From positions 1-64,000 of the forward strand of contig CAVQMO010000004.1 in the NCBI GenBank assembly GCA_963713605.1: a stretch of 64,000 nucleotides of DNA, written 5' to 3'. Origin of the DNA: an uncultured Nitrososphaerales archaeon. GTDB lineage: Archaea > Thermoproteota > Nitrososphaeria > Nitrososphaerales > Nitrososphaeraceae. The notes beneath the pieces are model-generated. The model worked only from the letters and a program-made list of their open reading frames with translations. It was not told the DNA's origin and did not search any database. Positions within the stretch are counted from its first letter, which is position 1. Every line of letters begins with the position of its first letter. Shown in pieces: positions 26,635 through 37,861 of the stretch. Both the position numbers and the translations under genes were made by a program.

Positions 26635-26862
26635 CCTCTAACCAGTGGATCTAAACCTGAATCAAACAATAGCCTATGTTCAGTTCCATTTACTTGTAGT
26701 TTTATAGCTGCCACAAAAGCCATGCTCTGCTATAAGTGGATGTACAAACCAATTTTCATTTAGAGAAGGACGGAATGCAACTTTGGTATTCGGTAATAGT
26801 ATGTCCACACTATTATCAACCAAGCATGTAATTTCTGCGCTTTCAATATCTTTCAGGGGCAT
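26635..26862 (-). pseudogene. N-terminal fragment of a metallo-beta-lactamase-fold hydrolase
   Basis: EITCLVDN...LIAEHGF, then LLFDSG after a frameshift. The remainder is absent. Confidence 0.7.
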
Positions 26863-26880
26863 ACCTTTAATGTTAACATC

Positions 26881-28056
26881 TTAGGGTCTAGCTTCAAAGA
26901 CCAAATTGAATGGTGTTTGAGTAGCCCGACGAAACTTTGAAAACCCTGCCGATTTTACTGTTTCTGCTATTTTTTCTTCACCCGCCTGCGCTCCCAATGC
27001 GGGTCCATTTTCATTCAAAGATGCAGGAACACATACGACAGAAGATACGGAGTAAAATACCCTTCCTAGCGGATTTAAATTGTCCTCCAATTTATCATTT
27101 GCAAATGGTTCTACTAACATACAGGTGCCGTCTTTTTTCTTCAATGTTTGCAATACATGTCTCGCCACCTCAGCTGGATTGCCCATGTCGTGAAAGCAAT
27201 CAAAGAACGCAACCAAGTCGTAATCATCCCCTGTGTAATCTGTCGACTTTGCAACTTCAAACGTTATGTTTTGCAACCCTTCTTTTTCTGCTCGCTTCCT
27301 AGCCCATTCAATTGAGGGTTTGTGAGAATCAAACCCTATGAATTTTGCATTAGGATATGCTTTAGCCATCAGAATTGTTGATACACCATGACCACATCCA
27401 ACGTCTGCTACTTTCGCTCCCTCCTTCTTGAGCCTGTATTCTACATCTTCCAACGCCGGGATCCAGTTGGTTATAAGGTTAGCAGCATAATTCGGTTTGA
27501 AGAATCTCTCTGTTCCTTCAAATAAGTAATGGTGATGGTCTCCCCATCCAAGACCTTTTCCAGTCCTGAACGCCTCAATAATTTTTTCCGAGTCTTTGAA
27601 AAGACTTACTATGGATTGGTAGAAACCTGCTATGTAAGCTGGGCTATTTTCATCGGTGAGCGCATAAGCATGCTCTTCAGGAAGAGTGTATGTGTCATTA
27701 TTACGATTGTATCTGACAAAACCTCCGGCAGCTTGACCAGCAAGCCATTCCTTTATTATTCGTGGATGTGTCCCAGTCTTTTTTGCTAGTTCTTCTGGTG
27801 TCAAATCTCCCGCTCCTGCCATCGCTTTAAACAATCCGAGCCTTTCGCCTACAAATGTGATTAATGCGCCTTCTGCTGCTCCCCATTCATTCACAACTTT
27901 TCCAATAAATTCCTGCAACTTCGTCTCATCAACTAGTACCGTTGGATTTCGAACCTCCTTTGAATTCATTACCGGGATGTCACTGTATACTCGATTCCCT
28001 TCATGCTCTTGCTTTTCTCTTTCAATTATTTCTGACGATATTTTTTCTTGTATCAT
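26881..28056 (-). CDS. Class I SAM-dependent methyltransferase with N-terminal wHTH (Rv2258c-like)
   Basis: VADVGCGHG, FFDCFHDMGNP, LGAQAGE, TPFNLVFEARP. Confidence 0.9.
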   Translation of the reverse strand: MIQEKISSEIIEREKQEHEGNRVYSDIPVMNSKEVRNPTVLVDETKLQEFIGKVVNEWGAAEGALITFVGERLGLFKAMAGAGDLTPEELAKKTGTHPRIIKEWLAGQAAGGFVRYNRNNDTYTLPEEHAYALTDENSPAYIAGFYQSIVSLFKDSEKIIEAFRTGKGLGWGDHHHYLFEGTERFFKPNYAANLITNWIPALEDVEYRLKKEGAKVADVGCGHGVSTILMAKAYPNAKFIGFDSHKPSIEWARKRAEKEGLQNITFEVAKSTDYTGDDYDLVAFFDCFHDMGNPAEVARHVLQTLKKKDGTCMLVEPFANDKLEDNLNPLGRVFYSVSSVVCVPASLNENGPALGAQAGEEKIAETVKSAGFSKFRRATQTPFNLVFEARP

Positions 28057-28206
28057 TGCATACAGTGTATGTACACGAGTGATAAATTAAGAACGGGAAT
28101 GCGATACCCGCATTCGACACAAATTTACTAGCAGAATAGTATCCAAACTTTTGCTAGGTTGGTTCATTTATAGCTAGCCTTATTTGAGACTTCCCAGCAG
28201 GAATGT

Positions 28207-29163
28207 TTGAGTGGAGTAAATTACTTGGATGCCAAAGATGTAAGGATCTTCTGTGAAATAGCATTCAAGGGTCTGGACTACGATTCATTCACAGATAGGC
28301 GAGTTAGTCCATTAGCCATTGGTAGGAAGCTCGGATTTGATGAGAAGACGGTTCGAGTAAGAGTAAAAAAGATGGAGGACGACGGATTTATCAAGTACTA
28401 CCAGGCAATACCCAGTTTGACTCTTTTTCAATTCAAAAATATGAAGACCTATAGGTTCGAAGCCTTAAACATTTCCACAAAGCATCGAGTCATAGAGTAC
28501 GTTCAGAAACTTCCATTTATCGTGGAGGCAATTGACTATTTAGGACAGGACGTCTCCGTTAGTATCGCAGGCCATTCTTCTAGGCAAATCGATCAGGTGG
28601 CCTCTGGACTAGCAGATAGATTCGAATTGTATAAGTGGATACTAGGAAGTCGTACAATAAAAGAGACCTTGTCGGCCGCAGATAGATTAGATTGGCAAAT
28701 TATTCAAGAACTTAGATACGATGCTCTATCAGGCATTAAAGTGCTTTCTGAGTCATTGTCAATTACTCCCCGAATGGTCGAATATAGGATTAAAAAACTT
28801 CTTGGTTCAGACATGTTGCTAGTTCGAGCAATAATAAATACTCAGATGCAACAAGGCCTGATATTTTATGAATTGGAAATGTCAGTTGATGAAACAAAGC
28901 GCTACTGTGTTATCAAGCGACTAAGTGAAATCTACGCAAAAAGGATTTGGTCAGTACGTACATTAGCGGCAGGAGTCTTGCTAGCGAATTTTTTTGCATT
29001 CACTCTTGCAGAGCCCGAAGAAGCTTACGTAAATACGCTTAAACTTGACGGCGTAAGATCATGTTCGCTTTTCATATTCAAGGAAATCGTTGAACCAAAT
29101 AGACCAAATTGGCTGGACGACTTGATAGAACAAAAAATAGCATTATTATCAAAATCTATGTGA
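28207..29163 (+). CDS. Double Lrp/AsnC-type HTH regulator, divergent from the methyltransferase
   Basis: Two HTH repeats (LDAKDVRIF...DEKTVRVRVKKM; DRLDWQII...TPRMVEYRIKKL). Confidence 0.8.
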   Translation: MSGVNYLDAKDVRIFCEIAFKGLDYDSFTDRRVSPLAIGRKLGFDEKTVRVRVKKMEDDGFIKYYQAIPSLTLFQFKNMKTYRFEALNISTKHRVIEYVQKLPFIVEAIDYLGQDVSVSIAGHSSRQIDQVASGLADRFELYKWILGSRTIKETLSAADRLDWQIIQELRYDALSGIKVLSESLSITPRMVEYRIKKLLGSDMLLVRAIINTQMQQGLIFYELEMSVDETKRYCVIKRLSEIYAKRIWSVRTLAAGVLLANFFAFTLAEPEEAYVNTLKLDGVRSCSLFIFKEIVEPNRPNWLDDLIEQKIALLSKSM

Positions 29164-29231
29164 GACGATATCAATCAACGGATACTGCGTGACATCATGA
29201 CAATGAAAAATCTTCCATCCTCTGTTAGACT

Positions 29232-29387
29232 TTAGACAGTCTTGATCATCTTTACGACTTCGTCTTCTGTTTCGGTCAGCCCCGGATGGCAGTCCTTTGC
29301 ATGTATCATTGCATGCTTCTTTATGTCCTCAACTCCCTGGGGAGATATGAGTGTCCAACCACATGGGCAGCTGAGCATTTTTGCCAT
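29232..29387 (-). CDS. DUF1059-family small metal-binding protein
   Basis: MAKMLSCPCGW...HAMIHAKDCH...VKMIKTV. Confidence 0.75.
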   Translation of the reverse strand: MAKMLSCPCGWTLISPQGVEDIKKHAMIHAKDCHPGLTETEDEVVKMIKTV

Positions 29388-29942
29388 GAATTGTGTTTGT
29401 AAGCAACTTCGTATATACTTTTCACTCAATACTGTCACCTATGATTATATTGCCTTGCATGATGCGGATTTATGCTTCAATCATTATACCGACAACAATT
29501 AGAGTCCTTGACGGATTGGGCATTACATTCTAAGATAAAAGTAGTAGTAGATAGAAGTAGTAGTCAGAAATCGATCAACGATAGTATTGTATGGTATCGA
29601 GGATTTCAAGATAGAATATGGGGATTATGGTCCATGAAATTTATTGATTCCTTTTCGAATTAATTTTTATGTGTCTATTAAAACCAATTATCGTTCTTTT
29701 TTCTTTATATCTTCAATGATCAATTTTTATGTGAGCTTTACAATCGATTTATAGAAATTTATTGTCTTGGATGGTAATAAAATAAGCTTATGATATATGC
29801 ATAGTATTAATATAATAATGCTTAAAGGCCAGGAATTTTCTCTTACCTTATAACGATGTCTATAGATGAAAGGTTGTTATAAAGAGTAAGAACTCATTAA
29901 GTCCAGACAAGTAAAATCAAAAGGAGAGTATTGAAGCTTTTC

Positions 29943-30630
29943 CTATACTACACGAAAGTCTATCTGTTCGAAACTTGATTGATAGCTATCCTTTGTCACT
30001 TCAAGTTCTGTATCGTAAATACCTAAATCAGATTTAGGTCCTACTTCTACAGTAAATGTTGCACGTCCATTGTTATCTGTATGCATAACTTGGGTTGCTT
30101 TCTCTCGGACTATTTCTTCATTTGAAGCTATACCTGCAGCTGCTACTGCGGCACCAGATGAACTAGTTTCGAATGAGGTTGATGATGGAGGATTGATGTC
30201 CAGTGTAACAAATGCATCAGGCATTGGATTGCCAGAATCCTTATCTTTGACAGTTACTGTAAGATATGATTTTTCTCCTACCTTTGCTGGATTCTTTGTA
30301 AATGTGTATTCTACCAATAATTGGTTTGATACTTGAGAATTATCACACTCTCCTACTATCCCTTCAAATAATGATGAAAACTTTCCTCCTGCAATGTCAT
30401 CTGTAATGCTGCAGAAGCTATCACCTTCGGTGGCAATTCCTTCTTCGCCATCAAAAGCGGCCTGCTCTTCCATCTCCAGAGGTGTCGATGTCTACCGCAG
30501 CATTAACATTCAATGGCAAGACCAAAAATGACAATAATAATAACAATGAGAAACTGATTAAGGTACAACCAGCTGGCAAATGGTTCAGGGATAATGATTT
30601 CATTTTATTTATTTTCATATTATTATTCAT
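29943..30630 (-). CDS. Secreted Ig-like protein (copy 2, frameshift near 30460)
   Basis: Near-identical to 15843-16529, with the same MNNNMK start at 30630. Confidence 0.75.
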
Positions 30631-30704
30631 CTCAAATCATATTTTAACTTACTATCATTAGCTAATTGGAAGAGCCAAAAAGAAAAGATAGAGCAGTTTG
30701 CTCC

Positions 30705-31049
30705 TTAGTCGTCGTCATCGTCGTCACAGTCATCATCCTCTTCGTCGTAGTCACAGTAACGATGATGATCGTCGTCATCATCATCAGATGATGCTGCCGC
30801 TGCCGCTGATCCACCACTAGCTGCCGCTGCTGCCGAACTATCCCCTGCCGCCGCTGCCGCTGCCGCTGATCCACCACTAGCTGCCGCTGCTGCCGAACTA
30901 TCCCCTGCCGCCGCTGCCGCTGCCGCTGATCCACCACTAGCTGCCGCCGATGCGGCAGAAGATGCGAAAGCCTGTCCTGAGGATATACTCACTCCTATCA
31001 TTGCTGTAATTATGGCTACTGCTAAAATTACGGGTACAGTTTTATACAT
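30705..31049 (-). CDS. Secreted Ala/Ser/Gly-repeat protein with Asp/His/Cys tail (copy 2, intact)
   Basis: Signal peptide ending in AFA, in-frame 60-bp tandem repeat (about 30795-30948), tail DDDDDDHHRYCDYDEEDDDCDDDDDD. Confidence 0.8.
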   Translation of the reverse strand: MYKTVPVILAVAIITAMIGVSISSGQAFASSAASAAASGGSAAAAAAAGDSSAAAAASGGSAAAAAAAGDSSAAAAASGGSAAAAASSDDDDDDHHRYCDYDEEDDDCDDDDDD

Positions 31050-31253
31050 TTAAGATATAGAAGTGATTCGGCATATATCAAATAGACGAATACCATATCA
31101 GTAATTATCTTCTATAATGTTCATATAGATTTATCTTGACTAATCTTAGCTAAAACTTTGAACAGAATATTAGATGAGTTTCCGCTTAGTTATAAGTTGA
31201 TAGGTACATCACTAGTGATAAATGGACTATATTCTAGCTGTAATAACCCACAT

Positions 31254-31298
31254 GAACTAAGTATAAACGAACTAAGTATAAACGAACTAAGTATAAAC
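31254..31298. repeat. 3 x 15-bp tandem repeat GAACTAAGTATAAAC
   Basis: Perfect copies at 31254, 31269 and 31284. Confidence 0.95.
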
Positions 31299-31448
31299 TA
31301 ATATTCAAGTCCAGTCCAAGAAAACTAGTACAAATTTTAAAAATAAGCGGTGTTAATTCAAAAATATACTTTTTTTGGCAGTCTTTATTGGAAAATGATA
31401 ACTATAAAAGTATACATTTGAATTGTTAGTACATATTATACATTAACA

Positions 31449-31600
31449 ATGAGAGTGTATCAAACAAGTGATTTGCACAGGCAAATTGAAAAGCTACCTA
31501 TGGTTGAAAGGTTCTTGTCATCTCTAAAAAGGAACAGTCTTAGTACATCAAATAGATACAAATACCTATTGCTTACTTTCATGAGTTTTTATTAATTACA
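31449..31600 (+). pseudogene. Probable N-terminal remnant of a tyrosine integrase
   Basis: MRVYQTSDLHRQIEKLPMVERFLSSLKRNSLSTSNRYKY..IAYFHEF resembles an integrase SAM-like core-binding domain. No catalytic domain follows. Confidence 0.5.
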
Positions 31601-31969
31601 ATCAGACAGCGGACAGATTTAGGTTCTTCTAGTATGAGTTGTCATTAGCATTCTTGCAAATTTTTTCTGTTTTCCTTCCAAGTCTTTACAATTTGATATG
31701 GATTGCAATAAGTATTAATTTTTAGTAGAGATAAATTTGTACATAATCAATATTTCAGTTATTAAATCTCTCTGTACGTACTCTTTGCCCCTATTATTAG
31801 TTCTAATATTGATTTTCCTGTTGTGTATCATAATCTGTGGATAATAGTTCCTCTTAAAACAGTTATGATGTCGGGGAAGTTGCAAAAGTATAGGCATCTG
31901 AGCATTCAACTGGACTATCCTATTTTAATCTTGGACTCATTAGAAATACAAAAGTGTAGGCAGGGCTCA

Positions 31970-32423
31970 CCTTGTCTTTTTCCCCCATATCTTTCTCTTT
32001 GACTTTCATTCTCCCAAGTACATCATTTGCTTGTTTGATCTGCTTGATTTCTGATGCTGTACTTTATTACCTTTCCTGCACATGTGTCGCACATGTGTCA
32101 CAGTATTTTTCTATGAGGATAGCTCCATCACCTACAGCGAATAATGCTTCCTGTGTGGCCTTGTTACCGCAGGCTACACAGAATTTTGTCTTATCACTAT
32201 GATCAACAAATGCCCTTAACATTGAAAATATTCTTTCCATTCTATTCTTTCACCCTTACGAAGGTTTCGTTGATTGTATTTCTTGGCAATACTGCAATCA
32301 TCGCATCTGCAGCAACTATGAATTTCGGATTGTTTCTCATCGTTATATGTAGTTATCATACATATAAGAACTTGTACTCCATAATAACTAAACTGAGCCT
32401 ATTACTGACTAGAGTATGCTATA
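31970..32423. repeat. 454-bp apparently exact direct duplication (second copy 45488-45941)
   Basis: Sequences read identically with a constant offset of 13518 bp and sharp ends. Confidence 0.95.
32067..32240 (-). CDS. 57-aa C4 zinc-finger microprotein (copy 1)
   Basis: MERIFSMLRAFVDHSDKTKFCVACGNKATQEALFAVGDGAILIEKYCDTCATHVQER*, with two CxxC motifs. Confidence 0.7.
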   Translation of the reverse strand: MERIFSMLRAFVDHSDKTKFCVACGNKATQEALFAVGDGAILIEKYCDTCATHVQER

Positions 32424-32786
32424 AATTTTGTCTTGATGCATTTAATGCAGGGGAGATCTTGAAATCATTGGTATTTATTTGCATCCACTATTCTTTTCAT
32501 TTCATCCTCAAGCCGCATTCTGTTAATACTATTCAAGATATGGATTCAATTAGAAAAGATGGAATCAGTATTCTAAAGCCCCGCCTCGGAGAAGTTGGAA
32601 ACTTCTAGAAAAGTTGGAAACTTTGGTACGAATGGCTTATTCACTTTTTCAGGGTTATGCTCAGGCAGATTTAGTCCTACTAGGTAGGAATCTCAATTTT
32701 CAGACGAAGGAGATAGTGATAAATCATGCTTTACTTTCAACATTAGCGTCGTAGAGTCGATTGAAATTTTGAGAAATGGCAATAAT

Positions 32787-33543
32787 TCATCCTTCTTTTC
32801 CAATTCGACAATGTCCTTTCGCTTTTTGACTATATTTTATTTGATTAATCCATCGATGTTTAGAAGGAAAAGCATCAAGGAATCTTATGGGGTAGTTCAA
32901 ACTCCCAATACTATAAACTTCTATATTTGAGGATAAGAAACCATCATGTTTTATAAAACAGAGAGAAATTTTTGCTTGTGATTTATTACACATCATAACT
33001 TTAGCAGCCAATATTTTCGGTAACGCCCTATAAAGGGCAATAGAGAATCTTTTTAAATCGTATTTATCTCTTCGTTTTAGGTCCAATACTCTGTCCTCGT
33101 TGCATGAATGATTGTGGATTTCCTTTACAGTTCCGTCTTCGTACAGAAAGATGGGGATGGTATCTACCGTTAAGCACTTGTCACATCCCTCTTAATGAAA
33201 TTAGCTGAAAAGATTTGAGTTTAATGTTGGTTTCACCTTCAGTTAAATTTTCGTCGCCCTTACTTGAAGTAGAACTAGAAATTGCAATGGAACCATCAGG
33301 AATAGCTAGGGACGACTGATGAAAGGGCAAAGTTGAAAAGTTGGCCGATTTTTGCACGAATTGACCCAAAGTACTGGGATAGTAAAACTGTTGTGAATAA
33401 GCTTCTGGTGGTATAAGCTGATTAGTGAGTTCCTTGATTTTCACTTGCTTACTCAGGAGATTAATAAAGTTATCCATATAATCACCTTCCCGATCGTCCC
33501 TATTCGTTTGTCCCCATACACTTTCTCCATCGTTAAATATCAT
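32787..33543 (-). pseudogene. Fragmented hypothetical gene
   Basis: Two same-strand ORFs with protein-like composition and no family recognised. Confidence 0.35.
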
Positions 33544-33845
33544 ATTACTTGGATATTAATAACAAAATTCTCTTATAATACTTTTCTCTATATGATTTAC
33601 TAAGTGAAATGTTATCGACATTTATATAAGAACTATATTCAATACACTAGTTTGCTGGTCTACGTCTGGTTTTTAAGTTTTCTCTGATAATTGCACCGAC
33701 GAGGAAGTATTATATCATATGCTTGAATTTAATCTAAATCGCTAGTGATATTCATAGTGTATGCCCAGCTTGTCATTTGTTATGGCTTGTAAACAAAAGT
33801 TCGGGCAGATAATTTTGGATTTTCTTATTAATAGTTATGTAGCTA

Positions 33846-34091
33846 TGGGTGGAAAAACAGGGTAACGACCACTTAATAGGTAGACTCAATTCCAAAGACA
33901 TCCCTTAGTAAACCTATTGTGGAAAAACAACTAAAAGACGAAGAAGCAGTGAAAAGAAAATTGACGTTGATTACATGACAGATAGCATCATAGTGGAATT
34001 TGATTCGTCACTCATAACAAAAGAGGAGATAAAAAATAGATTAGAAAAGTCTGGTTACAAGTTTGTTAGGACAACAACTACTACTGTATAG
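33846..34091 (+). pseudogene. Degraded heavy-metal-associated (HMA/CopZ-like) domain gene
   Basis: VEKQLKDEEAVK..IDVDYMTDSIIVEFDSSLITKEEIKNRLEKSGYKF across frameshifts. No intact CxxC is visible. Confidence 0.55.
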
Positions 34092-35210
34092 CTGTTAAAG
34101 GCAGTAGACAGAAATGCAGCAGCCGTTTAAGATCTTCTGTTTGAGATTTTTATCCTTGAATTCCTCAACCAAGACAGTGTCAGTTTTCACTTTGGTCATC
34201 CGAACAAGATTCTTGTGAGATTGTTGGCTATTGAGCCATTTTACGACATATTTCAGCACATCTTCGACATGCTTGTGCACACAATTTACAGTGTTTCATC
34301 TGCTAATGCTTCTCACATTCTTCAACACTCTTCGCTATTGTATCCTGATGGACAACGGTGCAAACTTGATCCAATTCATCACCGGCTGATACCACTGCCG
34401 AATCCAAATAGGAGTCCTCCGAACTTGGGGGACCCACGACTCATTCAGCTTCTTGAAGTCCGAGACCTGTATTCATCAGGGTGTATATTGCACCCTCTGT
34501 CAAGTTCTTGATCTGTCCCCAATTGACGTTCATATAATTTCCAGCCTGTGCATATAGCAGGAGCAGGAATATGCCGCCACTTAGAAACATCAGAAGACGA
34601 TAATAGTGGATAATCTTGTCCGTAGCAATTTAATCTATTCTATGGAATGATTTTGTTTTTGGGACCTACTGTCCTGCCAATATCTCTTCAGAACCAACAC
34701 AATTATCACTGCTGAAATTCCACTTGAATAAGGGAAAGGGACAATAAATTGAGCTGCTACCATTATCCCAAATGTCATCAACACTGCTATAACTAGCTTG
34801 GTTCGTGACATAGAACTACTGACATTTGCTCTTAAGTCGTCGATTTAAGTATTGTGTTATTACCTACTAAATAAGATAGGATAAGCTTTTATCAAAATGT
34901 CTACACTTATCTATTCTATAGTTAATTCGGAAGATAAATGCAGGATAAACGTATCTTACCATTATGTTTACTACTTAATATCATGACCTAGATGACGGCT
35001 GTAAGTGCTTCCAATTAACATATAAATCCCAGAGAAAGAAACAGTCGGTTCTGGAATCGACGTGGAGTAATACAGGTAGTAGATCCGGTCATGACGGCTA
35101 CAATATCTTATCGTTGATATTATACTAGATCTAGGAATTTCTATTATTATTAATATTAATGGAAGTATGACGACTCTAAAGAGTTAATAGAACTGACTAA
35201 AGATGTATTT

Positions 35211-35501
35211 ATGGAGAACTATGGAATGAAAACACGAAGTAAAATCGGTATTTTTGTAGTTATAATGGTAGCTGTGGGTATGATAGCATTATTCGCGTAC
35301 ACTTGGCAGATTGAATCTGCTAGAGCTAGAGCTATTCAGCAGGATATGTTTGATTGTATAGTTACCTATGGCAGTGGTACTCCATGTGTTAAAATATGCG
35401 AGGGTACGTTAGATGACAGTAGATACCCAGCAATCAGGGAGTTAGATATGGAAGACTGTAAACCTTTCGTAGATGAAGTAATTGAAAGAATTAATCTGTG
35501 A
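35211..35501 (+). CDS. Small membrane-anchored Cys-containing hypothetical protein
   Basis: N-terminal TM helix and four Cys. Confidence 0.55.
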   Translation: MENYGMKTRSKIGIFVVIMVAVGMIALFAYTWQIESARARAIQQDMFDCIVTYGSGTPCVKICEGTLDDSRYPAIRELDMEDCKPFVDEVIERINL

Positions 35502-35722
35502 TATCAATGTAGATTACAAAGCATTAATGGAGGAGGCGATGGCACAGCTGGACATAGCGATTGACCCTATCTAACGGCCAAATGAGAAATGGTAGGAATT
35601 AAGAAGCCCATTCTAATTTTTAATTCTTTATATCGATGAGATTAAGACAAATAGCTCGAGAAAATTAAGTCAGTACACCCACCGTTGAGACCCGTTTTGT
35701 TGATGAGAAGACTAAGCTGGGG

Positions 35723-36064
35723 ATGAATATGCATTATATAGGATTTTTATTGAGCGACATTGCAAAAGTTATTCCTATAGAGGGTGAAGGTAATGTACTT
35801 AGATTGGAGGATTTGATAGTTACTAATGGATCAGATCTATATGTATATCTCCCAACAGATAAGAGTGCATCGGATTTCGTAGATTTGGGTAGGTTAAAGG
35901 CCAATATTGGGAATCAAAACTATCCGATACCTCTGGGAACAGATATGTCAGTCATATTTAAAACATTCTCATTATGGGCGCAATTAAAAAGTCATGATAT
36001 TCTCGTCCATAACAGACATGCTGATTGGCATGATCTTAGGTATGATCGTCAGCCTCTCTATTAA
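35723..36064 (+). pseudogene. DM13-domain fragment
   Basis: LRLEDLIVTNGSDLYVYL...FVDLGRLKANIGNQNYPIP, with both ends missing. Confidence 0.7.
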
Positions 36065-36182
36065 TAAAATTGATTAGATCCTTATAATTGAAACGTAAAG
36101 GTGAAAGGTATTTTCCAAAAGTAAATGTAGGTTGGATGGCTTCGGATGAAGGCGCATCTGCAATAGTTAATAGTACAGCTCA

Positions 36183-36893
36183 CTACCTTAATACAAGGCT
36201 GCTAATTATATTAATGGACGTAGCTGGACTGTAATAGGCTGAGGGCTGTGCAGAATACGTTACCACATACCATTTATTATCTTTGAAAGTCCAGGCCTGT
36301 GTCTGTTTAATATCGGATAGGTCATCAGTTATTAAATATGTAATCTGATACCCTGGCAGTCCTGATATTACTGTAGGAACAGATTGTAACAAAGTAACGT
36401 TACCAAAAGTTTGCCTTAGATGAGCAATAGTAGAATTCAAGGTTTCATTTATCAGAAATTTAGTAGATTTAGAAGCGTCAGCTGCACTAGCAACCGGCTT
36501 AGTTGGCTGAATAGCAAACGAACCAACGTTAGTATCCAAATACTTTTTCATAATATTCTCCAAATATTCACTCTGATTTAATACGACAACATTCGCGTTC
36601 TCAGAATAGCTATGCATACCTTTGATCCCAGTAAGATAAAAATCTGCTATTATATTGTTGCCTGAAATATTTCCCAAATTTTCAAGCACGTTCCAATTCG
36701 AAGGGTACTTGACTCGTATGCCTGCAGTCATATTTTCGTACGTCATATAATTTACTTCAGATGAATTCCCGCCAAAGTCGAAATAAACCTGTCCGGCTAC
36801 TGAGAACTGATGAGCTAGATATGGATATGAATTCATAAAGAGCATAAGTAAAATCAAGCCACATACTGCAACCCGTGGGATAAAATATTTCAT
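36183..36893 (-). CDS. Secreted PsbP-like domain protein
   Basis: Signal peptide, YENMTAGIRVKYPSNW, ISGLPGYQITY, WYVVTYSA...IISSL. Confidence 0.75.
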   Translation of the reverse strand: MKYFIPRVAVCGLILLMLFMNSYPYLAHQFSVAGQVYFDFGGNSSEVNYMTYENMTAGIRVKYPSNWNVLENLGNISGNNIIADFYLTGIKGMHSYSENANVVVLNQSEYLENIMKKYLDTNVGSFAIQPTKPVASAADASKSTKFLINETLNSTIAHLRQTFGNVTLLQSVPTVISGLPGYQITYLITDDLSDIKQTQAWTFKDNKWYVVTYSAQPSAYYSPATSINIISSLVLR

Positions 36894-37184
36894 TTTTTGC
36901 TGCCAGTATACCTCCTTCTAAGTAACTGGATATAATAGTTTAATTTTATTTCAATATTTCTATCTTATCCCCTGGCCTCTATGTTTTGAATTTGAATGTG
37001 AATGTGACCCACCAAGATAATTATTGTAAATTTTTACATAAAATGCTCTCCAGTAAGATGTCATCTATCATCTTCTAATGCAAATTGGGTATCCTCATTC
37101 AGTATTATAAGGCCCCTTTAAAAATTGAAATTGTTACAGCGCGTTGATATAAGAAAAAGATGGAAGGTAATGTTAACTCGTTTA

Positions 37185-37505
37185 TCAGTTCGCTGTATTT
37201 TCCTTACTTTCTGAGGATAGTAACTGCTTTGCCTGATCAAGGTTACTATTTATTTTATCTATATGTTGCTGTATTTGTTCTATCGGTACTTTATCTTGTA
37301 TTATTTGTCTTAACTCCTCCCTAAGTAGTACTTCTGTATTCTTCATCATTAAGGCTTGATCTCTCTCCACTATTGGATCTTCAATAAACTCGAAGTTATC
37401 TAGATATGCTTGTATAGCTAATATTTCAGTTCCACTATAGTCCTGATTTTTGTATGCATCTAATGTTTGATTTAGTAAATTGCGGATCTCAGATATTATA
37501 GCCAC
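37185..37505 (-). pseudogene. C-terminal fragment of a helical domain like those in FTR1-associated soluble regions
   Basis: AYLDNFEFIE...TEVLLREELRQ. The upstream part is disrupted. Confidence 0.5.
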
Positions 37506-37861
37506 AGGATCTACGCCACTACCAGCAGTAGGTGAGAGATTTACCTATTAGGAGAACTAATATATATTCTTGCTTCTGATTCTTACATAGGAGAATTTAG
37601 AGGTTAGATATACTTGCAATTCTAAATGGTACTATCGCCGAGTGCGATCCTCTATAGAATCTTTCAAATATTTTGTCTCCTATTCAATTATACCTTCAAA
37701 CAGGACTGCATTCGAAGGATAGGGCTAATAGCCTACCCATATTTATCCATTTTTGTAGTTCCTTACTTGAAAATAATGCTCAGGCGATACTAATGAATGG
37801 GGTGTGTCAGCACTTTCATAAAAGAAGTGAGTTTATATTGTAATTTCTTGATGGTTTTATC

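Noticed and set aside
30662..30937. Arg/Gln-repeat ORF MVDQRQRQ...
   Set aside because: It is an alternative frame of the Ala-rich gene, which carries the signal peptide.
31972..32608. + strand ORFs 31972-32202 and 32144-32608 (and 45469-45988)
   Set aside because: They are antisense shadows of the zinc-finger microprotein, and their ends differ between the two copies.
34095..34810. Possible Cys-rich secreted gene on the minus strand
   Set aside because: It is too fragmented to reconstruct a reliable reading frame.
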